From Takakia lepidozioides (Eukaryota; Plantae; Bryophyta), in assembly GCA_030704615.1 (NCBI GenBank), contig CM060732.1:12276001-12340000 (forward strand): a DNA stretch of 64,000 nt. The letters run 5' to 3'. The number at the start of each line of letters is the position of its first letter. The stretch's first letter is position 1. Positions 51,045 to 63,549 of the stretch are shown here, in pieces. The position numbers and the translations under genes were made by a program. Below the pieces are notes generated by a model. That model was given only the letters and a program-made list of their open reading frames with translations, was not told where the DNA came from and made no database searches.

Positions 51045-54000
51045 ATGAGAAAGGCGAGACGGGAGCTTAGAATGGGAGAAGAAACCCCGCGAGATGAGGA
51101 AGAGGAAGGGCAAAAGAGGATACGGCAACCGCAGTGTGGAGAGGAAGGTCTTGAAGTGATCCAGGAGGCGACAGACGAGCAACCTGCAATCGAAGGAGGG
51201 GATGAGGAGGAAGTAAGCTGGGCTCGGGAGGAAGCAGTGAGTGTACAGAACCTGGCCTTCAAAGACCAGGGAGAACAAACGGACGTAGGAACGCGGCCGT
51301 CTGCCCCTGTTTCGCACCATCGCGACCTCCTTGGAAGCATGCTACCTGAAGACCGCATGGAAAAATTGAACGCGACAGGAGCATCATCAAGTGCAAAGCA
51401 GAAACCCCAGGTAGCTACGAACTTTCTTTTTCTCTCTCTGTTTCTGTCTTTTTCTCTCTCTATTTCATGCTAAGCATTGAGGACGACATCAACCTTGCGT
51501 CAACGCAAGGTTGAAGTCGACCTCCAAAGTGTATTTGCTGGGCTCAAATCAGTGCAGATACTGCACCACAATCTGTACTGTTTCATGCTAAGCATTGAGG
51601 TGGACATCAACCTTGCGTCAACGCAAGGTTGAAGTCGACCTCAATGCTTTTTTGCTGGGCATTAAACAGTGTAGAAACTGCACTACAATCAAGGTAGAGA
51701 CATGGATGCTTCCGACGCATCATGGATTTCAAAGACGAAGCAGAGACAGGAGTCTCCATTTACTGTACATTTTTGCTTTGCTGAACCCCGATAAGACAGC
51801 TCGCAATCAACCTTGCGTCAACGCAAGGTTGATCCCAACCTGCATATTGTATGTTTAGAGCTTGTAGTGAAACCAACAGAGGCTGCACAGGAATCAACCT
51901 TGCGTTGACGCAAGGCTGGTTTTCATGATAGCTTTGCACAATGGATGCGTCCGATAAAAGGAAGAATCTCATGAGTGCATTCGACAAACAAATCAGGATA
52001 GCAGATCCAGGGCTTGGCACAGAATTTCTGGAGCAGGTGAAAGTGCACTATGACAAGTTTGGCTCCAAGCCAGAAATGACTCAGGAGAAACTACATCGCC
52101 TTTCCATTTCAATGGTGGACAATGCAACGAAAATCAGGTGGTTGGAGATATGGAACTCGATCCTCTTGTGAGAGACACGAATATGTTTCCAACTCCAGAG
52201 AGAGACCCGAAGACACAAGCAATAAAAGTTGTAAGCGACCAGACATTCGACCAGTGGCTACACAAAGCCACATTTTGGAGCCAGGTAAGGATACCACCAA
52301 ACCATTTTCAGACATGTGTGTTGCTCCGTAATTCCGCTCCCAACCTCTCCAAATGTCTTACAAGCTTTCTTGTTGCAGTTAGAAAAACGTGCAGTGGCTG
52401 CACTTGCTGAGTCGATGGCAGACTACAAAATCCAGATGGCTTGCCCCCGGATCACACTGGAGGCCTATATCAGGAGGTGGAAGCTCGCTGTCTGGAACAA
52501 TTGCTTCTTCAGGGAGTTTGAAAAAGATAAAGGAATCTCCAGATCGTACGAGTTCAAAAACCAGCTGAACAGCGAGCAAGCAATGAAACGAGTGTTGTAC
52601 AGGTGTGATCTCCTTACTCAATTGTGGTACTTGAAGGGCATGCATCTGCAATCTTCTGTCATACTTTCAAATTTGCGAATTTGCGTGGCTTTGAGGGATC
52701 TCTGGGGGCTCTGAATGTGCTGTCCAGCAACATTGCGTTGACGCAAAGTTGTTTCCCATGGTCCTGGTTTCACTTACCTATATCTGGGTATCCCATACTA
52801 GCGTTTTATTGCATGTGAATGGGGGTGAATGGACAGGAAAATCAGCCTTGCGTCAACGCAATGTTGATGAGACGCAGACTATGTACCTTTTCCTCTGGTT
52901 TGGGGCAGTTCAAATCCAGATCCAATTCTTTCAACTTGAACATAACAATGTTTGGAGTCTATTTCAAATGCTATTTTCAGCTTTCACTATGCCAACAAAC
53001 AGACTTGCGTTGACGCAAGGTTGTTTGGCGGTATGGATTGATGGAAATGTCCCTGTGCATCCCCCAACTTCCATGCAATTGTAGGAGACTTTCGATTATC
53101 AGATATATTATCAATGTTTGTTTCAACAGAGGAATTCAACATTGCGCCAACGCAATGTTGAATATCCATAGCAGTACATAGTCAGATGGTGGTTTTCAGG
53201 CATTGTTCCCCATTTCATCTATGTGTGAAAACAACATTGCGTTGACGCAATGTTGTATTGCACTTGTCAGTCGTTGTCTCTATCAATACAGCGTAACCAC
53301 TAGGTGTTTCCCATTTCTGCTCGAATCAACATTGCGTCAACGCAAGGTTGATTCTGGACAGCAAAAGTTGATTACCAGGTGTTCCCTTCCTTTATTTCAA
53401 TATCTTCTTCTGAATGTCTGTTCTTTTCCATTTTCCGATTGACTGACTGTCTGGGTTTTTGGTGTTTGATTCAGGTATATGTATCATATCCTCATACCGG
53501 GAAAGTACCTTAGCGATGACCCAGACTTCATCTATTCATGGGCTGACCCCTCCAATGAGAAGACAATGTACACGGCTGGTATTGCCAGAGACTGGAGCAG
53601 GGCGCACTTCAGAGACTGTGGGTGGTACCTCGACCTGCCAAAACAGGACACACCATTCGATGAAGTTGTTTTGAGAAACCTGAACGACAATGCCGCAGCG
53701 ATTGCCCCATTGGCAGACAAAGACATTCAGGACAGAATCATTTCTACTCTGGCTGCAAAAGAGCCCGAGAGAACTGCCACTCCAAAACGAAAGGGGAAGA
53801 CTGTCGGGGATCCTAAGGGGAAGGGGAAAAGTGCAGCTCCGCAAGGACAGGGACCGTCAGAGGTTCCTGTCAGAGAGCCTTCTCCCGCAAGGAGGGATAG
53901 GAGAACATCAAAGTCGAGGGAGCAGCCTTACGAGGCGAGAGAACATCCCTCCAGGGTTTTGGGCCAGTTCAATCGTAGGGTGCTGAATGAAAGTTTTCTT

Positions 54001-55212
54001 GCAATGATGGAGTCCAGGAAGTCCACATTCAAAGGGGTGCCCTCGAAATCATGGGACATGCTTGTTTCGTTCCTCACTCAGGTAAACACTTGTGTCTAAA
54101 CTGTTGTATGAATAATTGTGTTTTGGCATCTTGTTGTGGCTTTTCCAGGGGATTGATCTCCTGCTCGATTTGGATTGGGCTTCTTACACTGTCTCCTGTT
54201 TTTCCCTGTAGGTGACAAAAAAACCGGAATGGGTGAATGGAGTTCAGCAGGCATACGCGACTGACCTTGTGGTGCTGGACATTCCTGACGGTTATCCCGT
54301 CCCTGATGTGTCCCTTCCAATTCGACCCCGACTTGGAACAAATCGGATTCTCGTTATTGGCAGTGGGCTTTCTCGTTCAGCAACAAATTCCTTTCGGACT
54401 CGGGGGCTCTTCTTCTCATGCAGTCAAAGGACATGTCAGCTCGAAGAACTCTTTTCAGCTACATGAAAGCCTCCGGGTTTCGTGTCATCAAAACTTGGAC
54501 ATGCATCAATACTCTGCCTCTTACGAAGGGCGAGTTCCCGGGGCAGAAAGTGAGTTGGTTCCTTTCAATTCATGTTTCGTTGTTTTTTCGGTAAATAAAA
54601 ATGCTGGGTTATGCCTTCTGTCTCATGCTCTCTTCCTCATTGTTGACAGACACGGGTGTTCGAAGCTTTGTGCCTGGTGAGGCGGAAGGACACTCTTCCT
54701 CCTGGTGTTGCTGAGTTCCAGATGAGGGACCTTGCAGCTCATATTGACCCCACCTGCGAGCCTATGGAGGATGATGTTCTCTTCAATTACGTGGACTCGG
54801 GTCGAACTATGAAAAGGTCGATTGGTGTCCCTTGGAGAGGTGCACGGGAGAAATCTCCAGCTTTCATGCAGACTTTGGTGGAGACATGTAGCCGTCATGG
54901 TGGACGAGTGGTCGACTTGTCTATGGGCACAGGTGGGGCACTTTACATTGTGATTGACATATGGGCAGTAACCTTAGGGAAACCCTGTTTTCATTTCTCG
55001 TTCTTCTTGGATTTGCAGGAGCATGTTTTCATGCTTGCAAGAGCGCCGGAAGGCACTTCTTCGGCATGGAAGCTGATACGGAGCTCTTCTCGAGCGAGCT
55101 TCGTCAGCTTGAGTCGGACACTACTTCTACCCCATCCAAAGAGGGACTTCTGGAGGAGCCCGAAGCGCCTGACGAGGATCTGGACGTTGACTCCGATTTT
55201 GAGTGTGAGTAA
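51045..55212 (+). pseudogene. Spliced MTase-like gene of element E (ParB exon missing; start codon approximate)
   Basis: KNLMSAFDKQIRIADPGLG, WLHKATFWSQ, RVLYR|intron 52603-53474, HFRDCGWYLD, TDLVVLDIPDG, WRGAREKSPAFMQTLVETCSRHGGRVVDLSMGTG|ACFHACKSAGRHFFGMEAD, FECE*. Confidence 0.78.
51489..53352. repeat. Dispersed palindrome CAAC(C/A)TTGCGTYRACGCAA(G/T)GTTG, about 10 copies in introns of E
   Basis: Copies near 51489, 51607, 51807, 51894, 52728, 52843, 53004, 53136, 53231 and 53326. Confidence 0.9.
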
Positions 55213-55726
55213 GTTCTTCTGTAGTCGTTCAAAATATGTGGCATTTCCTTGTGTCGTTCCCGTTCGAAAAAATTGCGTAACATTGTCTATATCTGGATGT
55301 TAACATCTGCCACCATTTATCTTGTTCCTTTCCAGAGTTCTGCACCAGTCATTGAATCAGCAGACACCTTTCGGATTCCAAGGATACTACATGTCCCCGA
55401 GTCCCCCTAGATCCAACCGCTTGCCGGTTTACGCGGAAGCTTGCGCACGGGTGTTATCCGAACAAACACTGTATTCGCATCTCCATAAAGGTCGTGGAAA
55501 AAAAAAACGTCATGTATGTGCTGCTGTATTCATAGATGATATTGCTATTAACTCTGGCAGTGGTTCCTCTGAAACCTCCAATATTTCTTGACGGTTCAAG
55601 TACTGAGGCTGAATAAATTGTGTTTTGGCTTTGCTTCCATCCCATACTGTTTTTCAAGTTCTCTGCGCGTTCCCGTAAGTACAGTTAGGGATTGCCTACG
55701 GTATTTCTTCGGAGTGCGGAATTGAA

Positions 55727-55950
55727 AAATGTTTGTGTGTTGGAGTGAATGTACTGCTTTGCCAAAAAAACATTTTTTCTTTCAGATTCAGTTCTGTAGT
55801 GGGCGATCTCCTCATTCCAAAGTCAGGATCTCCCACAAATGTTTGTGTGTTGGAGTGAATGTACTGCTTTGCCAAAAAAACATTTTTTCTTTTCAGATTC
55901 AGTTCTGTAGTGGGCGATCTCCTCATTCCAAAGTCAGGATCTCCCACAAA
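55727..55950. repeat. ~110-bp tandem duplication in the 3' region of E
   Basis: AAATGTTTGTGTGTTGGAG...CAGGATCTCCCAC occurs twice. Confidence 0.9.
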
Positions 55951-56269
55951 ATTCAACCGCAAACCTGCCATTGTTCTCGGCCACAAGGACTATTCATGTG
56001 GGGGCAGTAAAGAGGGATAGAAAATTAGGACATAGGGGGGGGGGGGAAGCACGGACATAGGTAAAGGGGGGGGGGGGGGGAGCACGGTAATAGGGGTGAG
56101 AGCACGGAACCGCGGTGGAATAGGGGGGGGGGGGGGGGGGAGCACGGAATTAGGGCTGAACACGTGGATGCTTGCTGACGTGGCGTGAGCCTAGCCAGGC
56201 TCACAGGCTCACAGGCTCACAGGCCAGGCTCACGCGCAAGCATTCCCCCCATGGTTGTATCCACTCCCA

Positions 56270-59200
56270 CTATCCAATGCAATGCGGACATAACCAATCC
56301 CCATCAGGAACCATCTCAAGAGGTGGAGTCAAGCATCCCATATGCCAACCTCTAGAGCATTGATCACACACCAGCATGGTGGCTGCCCCTCTAGCAGACC
56401 CACACAACATGCACCTCAAACTTGCAGGTACCACTGCCAGGTTTGGGTCAACCCTTCCATCAACATTTGAAAGGTGACATGGCGCGCAATTACGCACATG
56501 GTTCCAAATCATGCCATCCCAACCCTCCAAGATCAGGACTCCTGAGGGCAATGCCTCTCGAACCCTCAAAATAGTACGTCCTGCAGTCACATCCAAGGTC
56601 GTAGGAGCAGTCTGCTGCAGATAAACATAGTCACCAGGGTTAAATCTCCGAACCCCAAGACGATAGCCCCCACCACGTATGGTAGCATACCTCAACGTAT
56701 CACGATGTTGTGCAATGGCAAGGTTCTCGAAAGCCATGGGCATGAATTTCTTGAACAACTCTGCACGCTGATCACATGCACGTGCCCACATGTCCGGATC
56801 GTCAAGGTTGAGAACTGTAGCAACTTCTCTACGAATGGATGTAGGCAAATCCGGCTCTCGGCCAAAGAGAAGAAGTATGGTGAGAAGGAGGCAAGTGATG
56901 TTTGCTTGCTGAACCTGTAGCCCATGGCTAACCAGGGTAACCGAAGGTCCCAATCTCCTAGGTGTCCCTTTTGCAAGCCATACTTGCGCAAACCCCTCTT
57001 TACTGTCTGAACAACCCTCTCTGCCAAGCCATCGGCCTCAGGATGATCTCGAGAAGTGGTGCGGTGGTCTACCAAGGCCTGGTCACACAAAGCCTGAAAC
57101 TCCCCCAAGAACTCTCTCCCTTGGTCCGTGAGTACCTCAGCTGGAGCACCGAATCGGCTAAGTACACAATCCAAGAATGCATACGCAGCTCCCTCACTAG
57201 CCTTATCAGGCAATGGAACCAACTCGATCCACTTGGAGAAGTGCTCCACCATCACCAACACGTACTTGTTGTGGCGCATGGTCAGTGGCAACGGCCCTGC
57301 GAAGTCAAGACTCCACCTGTAGCCCAATCCCATGATCGGAAGAGGGTGCAATTGTGGAGTAGGGGCGTTGAATGAAGCACGCACCCTGTCACACACCATG
57401 CACCTAGCCACAAATTGTTGCACCTTTGTGTGCATACCACGCCACCAATACTGGCCCTGCAATAAACTGTGAGTGCGTCGCATCCCAAAATGCCCCAACT
57501 CCTCATGGGCATGCCGCAATAACCGTGCCCGCTGGGTTGGGTGAGGCACAATCCTCACTCGACCATCTTCCCACACTCGGAGCAGGTGTGTCCCCTCCCA
57601 CTTGAACCTCTTGGCTCGTTGTAGGATCCGATCCCTTTCCTTGGCAGTCACAATGGCTGTCGTGCCCCTAGTGCGGAGATAGTCCAACACAGCTGAATCC
57701 TCATGTATATCTTTGGTGCCACCTTGCTCATTGCTAGCCTCAGGGTCCTCAGACACTCCGTCTACAGTCATCCCTGTTGTAGGTCCAACCTGACCTTCCG
57801 CTGCCAATATACACAAAAAGGCAGATGCATGCCATCCGAGCACCATCTCCTCGTCCGTCTCACCATGCCATCGAGCTCTAGTGTCATCCTGCTGGCTCGT
57901 GCATGGATTGCAACTCAACCCATCCGCATCCCGATTGACCATACCCGGTCGATGCACAACCTGAAAGTCATACTCTTGAAGTATGAGTGCCCACCGTGCA
58001 AGCTTCCCCGTAAGCTTGTCTGACTCCATCAACCACTTGAGTGGTTGGTGATCTGTGACAAGGGTGAAGAGATTGCCATATAGATAGCACCTGAAGTGTG
58101 CCACGGCCCACACTGCAGCTAAGCACTCTCCCTCATATGAGCTATACTTAGCCTCTGCAACGTTGTTCGAGCGACTAGCATAAGCCACTACGAACTCTCT
58201 TCCCTCATCATCCACCTGTGTGAGCACCGCTCCAAGCCCCAGCATGCTCCAATCTGTATGCAGCTGAAAAGGACGCCCCCTGATAGGTCGTCTCAAGATG
58301 GGCGCCGAGGTCATCCTCGCCTTGAGCTCTTGGAAAACTTGTTCTTGCTCATCTTCCACTGCCACTCCTGGTCCACCTTGGTCAGCTTGGTTAGAGCATT
58401 TGCAATGGCACTAAATCCCTTGACAAACCATCTATAATAGTTTGCCAACCCCATGAAAGCTCGAACTCGGCTCACATCCGTGGGGCATGGAATTTGTGCA
58501 ATGGCCTCTACCTTAGTCTGCTGTATCCCCAATCCTCCAAGATATATCATGTGACCCGATACTCAATCTGGTTGTGGAAAAACTTGCACTTCCCTGGATG
58601 TAACTTCAATCCGTGCGCCCTCAAGCGCTCAAATACCACCTGAAGGTGTCTCTCATGCTCCTCCACCGTAGCTCTAAAGATGATGATGTCATCTATGTAG
58701 CACCGAGCAAACTCCACCCTGCTAGAATCCTGTCCATGACTCTCTGAAACTCTGCAGGAGCGTTCTTAAGCCCAAATGGTAAGAACCGCCACTGGAAGCA
58801 CCTGAAGTGTGCCACGGCCCACACTGCAGCTAAGCACTCTCCCTCATATGAGCTATACTTAGCCTCTGCAACGTTGTTCGAGCGACTAGCATAAGCCACT
58901 ACGAACTCTCTTCCCTCATCATCCACCTGTGTGAGCACCGCTCCAAGCCCCAGCATGCTCCAATCTGTATGCAGCTGAAAAGGACGCCCCCTGATAGGTC
59001 GTCTCAAGATGGGCGCCGAGGTCATCCTCGCCTTGAGCTCTTGGAAAACTTGTTCTTGCTCATCTTCCCACTGCCACTCCTGGTCCACCTTGGTCAGCTT
59101 GGTTAGAGCATTTGCAATGGCACTAAATCCCTGACAAACCATCTATAATAGTTTGCCAACCCCATGAAAGCTCGAACTCGGCTCACATCCGTGGGGCATG

Positions 59201-60650
59201 GAATTTGTGCAATGGCCTCTACCTTAGTCTGCTGTATCCCCAATCCTCCAAGATATATCATGTGACCCAGATACTCAATCTGGTTGTGGAAAAACTTGCA
59301 CTTCCCTGGATGTAACTTCAATCCGTGCGCCCTCAAGCGCTCAAATACCACCTGAAGGTGTCTCTCATGCTCCTCCACCGTAGCTCTAAAGATGATGATG
59401 TCATCTATGTAGCACCGAGCAAACTCCACCCCTGCTAGAATCCTGTCCATGACTCTCTGAAACTCTGCAGGAGCGTTCTTAAGCCCAAATGGTAAGAACC
59501 GCCACTGGAAGCACCTGAAGTGTGCCACGGCCCACACTGCAGCTAAGCACTCTCCCTCATATGAGCTATACTTAGCCTCTGCAACGTTGTTCGAGCGACT
59601 AGCATAAGCCACTACGAACTCTCTTCCCTCATCATCCACCTGTGTGAGCACCGCTCCAAGCCCCAGCATGCTCCAATCTGTATGCAGCTGAAAAGGACGC
59701 CCCCTGATAGGTCGTCTCAAGATGGGCGCCGAGGTCATCCTCGCCTTGAGCTCTTGGAAAACTTGTTCTTGCTCATCTTCCCACTGCCACTCCTGGTCCA
59801 CCTTGGTCAGCTTGGTTAGAGCATTTGCAATGGCACTAAATCCCTTGACAAACCATCTATAATAGTTTGCCAACCCCATGAAAGCTCGAACTCGGCTCAC
59901 ATCCGTGGGGCATGGAATTTGTGCAATGGCCTCTACCTTAGTCTGCTGTATCCCCAATCCTCCAAGATATATCATGTGACCCAGATACTCAATCTGGTTG
60001 TGGAAAAACTTGCACTTCCCTGGATGTAACTTCAATCCGTGCGCCCTCAAGCGCTCAAATACCACCTGAAGGTGTCTCTCATGCTCCTCCACCGTAGCTC
60101 TAAAGATGATGATGTCATCTATGTAGCACCGAGCAAACTCCACCCCTGCTAGAATCCTGTCCATGACTCTCTGAAACTCTGCAGGAGCGTTCTTAAGCCC
60201 AAATGGTAAGAACCGCCACTGGTATAGGCAATCCTTCCCGTGCTCATTGATCCCCCAGAATGTCGTCTTCTGCTTATCCGCCTCCTTGATCGGCAACTGG
60301 TGATATGCGGATCGTAAATCCAAAGTGCTAAAGACCTTGGCATGCCCAATGGCATCAAAGATCTCCTCTGGTGTTGGCATGACATACCTATCGGACTTGG
60401 TCTGACGATTTACAGGCCGGTAATTACCGCACATACGTCTCTCCGTCCAATTGCCATAGACATCCTTCTTGGCTGGCATCACTGTGGCTGAAGCATACTC
60501 TCCACCAGATAGCTCCACCAAACCAGCCTCCCAGAGGTCCTGAGTCCTTATCTGAATCAAGGACCTCTCCATGTCACTATATCTATAGGGTCTCCGAAAG
60601 ATTGGCGTGTCAGTGGCCAATTCAATGCGAATCTCTTGACCCTTCAGTGC
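56270..60650 (-). pseudogene. pol of element F: RT, RNase H and integrase with C-terminal PHD finger; 714-bp triplication
   Basis: YIDD; LHTDWS, EGECLA; HAHEELGH..CMVC; DDE; CMLC..VCDQCSRGWHMGC..WLCPHC. Confidence 0.92.
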
Positions 60651-61119
60651 ACAATCTCCAAGATATATGTTGGATAGTCTGTCTGCTGAAGTTTGTTGGA
60701 AATCAACTCCTAACCAAGTTACTACTACCTAAAGTTACTGTGATGACAAGTCAGGCTTCCATAATAGGAGTTCTGACAAGTCACAGTTAATAATAGAGAT
60801 AAGCCTCGGTTAACTAAAAGATAGCTAAAGTTAGCTTCAGTTATTAGTGACTCAAGTCATTGTACCAGAATAGCAGGTGGAGATAACTTAAGTAAAAGCA
60901 TGGAGTTATGCTATAGTTATCTCAGCTATTTCTGGATTAGACTATGAGTATAAATAGGGAGAGCTCGGAGGGTGGACACACAGTTTGTTGTGGTCCTATG
61001 GTTGGGTGGAGAGTTCTCAGTAATCAGTTCATCTTTTATCTCTTTTCTTTGTCGAATTCCAACATGGTATCAGAGCCATTCTTCTCTAGGTGAGAGTTGG
61101 TAGTTGAGATTGAGAGAAC

Positions 61120-62175
61120 TTGATTATGGCTGGAGCATTGTCTTCTAGCAATCCTCCTTGTATGTCTATGACGAGTGCATTAGATGTGAGAGTGGAAGAT
61201 CGATTCAATGGAGCTAACTATCCAACCTGGAAGTTTAGGATGGAGATGGTCCTTCTAGACAAAGATCTATGGGGAGTGGTTGATGGATCAGTCCCAAGAC
61301 CTGACACTATTGTTGGCCAAGCCATATGGGATAGGAAAGATCAGAAAGCAAGAGCTAGCATCATCACAAGCTTGAGAGACAAACAGTTGCATCTCATTAT
61401 AAGTGCTAAGAATGCTAAGGATGTTTGGGACAAGCTAGCAAGCATATATGAGACGAAGGATGTCACATCGCAAGTGTATGCGACGCAAAAGTTCTATGGT
61501 TTGAAGATGACCGAGTCAGACTCAGTTGAACAACACTTGAATTTGTTTTGTGTGTTGCGAGATCAACTAGTCTCTGTGGGAACTAATGTGACTGATGAAC
61601 ACGCCGCAGTGGTGTTATTGGCAACCTTACCTGAATCCTATGATGGTTTTGTGGTGTCTCTAGCAGGACAAACCAACTTAACTATTGATGTTGTCATAGG
61701 ACTTCTCATCAAGGAGGAAACAAGAAAAAAAGGTCAAGGTACGTTTACAGAGGTAGACAGAGCTTTGTTCACAGGCAAGACTGGAGTAGTCTTGAATAGA
61801 AGACTCCCTTCACATATGTCTCAGAAGTCCCAGAGGTTTCAGAAACCTCAATCTAGCTCAAAGATCAAAAAGGCCAAAGTAAGGTGCTTTATTGCAAGAA
61901 ACTTGGTCACACGATCAAGGATTGTAGAAAGCGCATTGCAGATGAGCGCAGCAGAGAGAGTCAAGGAAACATAGCTACTTATCAGAGGAATGCTATTCTA
62001 TTTGTTGTGTCTCTCTCAGCCACTACTAGACAGAAGCATGTGTGGTATGTTGATTCAGGAGCATCTCAACATATGAGTTCAGAGAGAGAGCATTTCTTAT
62101 CCTATAGATCTCTTTCACCCACACAATATGTTCTTTTGGGAGATGATAGTAAGCATGTCATTGGTGGGGAAGGAA
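61120..62175 (+). pseudogene. Copia gag, Zn knuckle and protease (frameshifted)
   Basis: FNGANYPTWKFRM, LLATLPESY, CFYCKKLGHTIKDC, WYVDSGASQHM. Confidence 0.9.
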
Positions 62176-63549
62176 ATGATGGTTTGTAAGCTTCTCAAGT
62201 CTTTGTATGGTTTGAAGCAATCCCCTAGGGCATGGAATGCTAAGATTGATGCATATTTCATGGCTGAAGAGTTTGAGAGGAGCTCTGCTAATTATAGTGT
62301 TTACTATAAGAGGGCTTATGGAAACTCTTCTGTGATCATAACATTGTATGTTGATGATCTGATCTTGGTCTCTAATGACTTGACTCTGTTGAAACACATA
62401 CAGAGTGTCAATATCTCAAATGAGATTGAGATAGTGGTTATGCACATGATCATAACAAATTGACTTTGTTGAAACAAAGACAAAGTGATATCTCAAAGAG
62501 GTTTGAGATGGTGGATCTTAAAGAGATCATGTGATCATGTGTTGATCAGGCTTTGTTGAAAAAGACAAAGCGATATATCAATGAAGTTTGAGATGGTGGA
62601 TCTGAAAGAGATCCAGTACTGCTTGGGGGTATCGGTAACTCTTGTTCGACAAGACCGAGCAATTTACCTAAACCAGCGTAAGTATTTTGAAGATATCTTA
62701 AGGCGCTTTGGTATGGTTGAAATTATGCCGGCAAATACCCCGTTTGTCCCAAATCGCAAACTCTCAAAGGAGATGAGTCCTAAGAGTGCTGCAGACTTGG
62801 AGACAATGAGAGATATTCCCTATCAGAGTGTTGTGGGAAGTCTCATGTATGCAATGGTCTGTACTAGGCCAGATATTGCACAAGCAGTGGGGGTTGTAAG
62901 CCAATATGTGGCTAACCCTGGGCAACTCCATTGGGTTGCAGTAAAGCGGATTTTCCGTTATCTGAGAGGCACACTGGATTATGGTTTGTGCTTGAGAAAG
63001 AACAATGATAATGTTCAGTTGGATCAAGTGGGTTCATATGGTATCTCAGATAGTGCTTACAAAAGCACAGAGCTATACGGCTATTGTGATGCAGATTGGG
63101 CTGGTAATATTGATGACCGTCACTCTATATCTGGCTATGTTTTTATGCTAGCAAATGGAGCTGTAAGCTGGAGCAGCAAGAAGCAATCTACAATTGTTAT
63201 GTCCTCGACTAAGGCAAAATATATGGCTGCATCTCAAGCTATAAGGCAAGCATTATTGTTATCATCATTTCTATCTAGTATTGGTCATCCACAGAGGGAT
63301 ACCATGGTCATATATGATGACATCCAAGGGTGTATTGCTCTCTCAAAGAATCCAATGTTTCATGCTCGCACAAAGCATATTGAGATTCATCATCATTTGG
63401 TACGAGAGAAGACTGAAGCTGGAGTTGTCAAGCTTGTATATTGCAACACTAACAACATGGTTGCAGACATACTGACAAAAGGGCTTAGTGCTGAAAAGCT
63501 TGAACGCTTTCGAGGCTTGCTGGGAGTAGTTAAGTGCTTAACTTGGTAA
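62176..63549 (+). pseudogene. Copia RT C-terminal half and RNase H
   Basis: KSLYGLKQSPRAW, LYVDDL, TRPDIA, YCDADWAG, RTKHIEI, VADILTK. Confidence 0.92.

Larger units (their letters stand above)
46140..56248. mobile_element. Element E: Mutator-like DNA transposon (same family type as D) with internal deletion of the ParB exon
   Basis: 9-bp TSD CCATGGTTG (46131-46139 / 56249-56257). Imperfect 25-bp TIR ending CGCGTGAGCCTGG. GTGAGC/TGACGTGGC subterminal motifs. Confidence 0.92.
45370..60650 (-). mobile_element. Element F: Gypsy related to A; 5'-truncated at ~60650 and interrupted by E
   Basis: RT, RNase H and integrase highly similar to A. 3' UTR continues across the E TSD to a PPT and LTR. 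Confidence 0.88.

Noticed and set aside
60651-60693. Continuation of F beyond the Copia insertion
   Set aside because: Similarity to A stops at ~60650, before the Copia TSD; the flanking 43 bp and 63941-64000 are unassigned.
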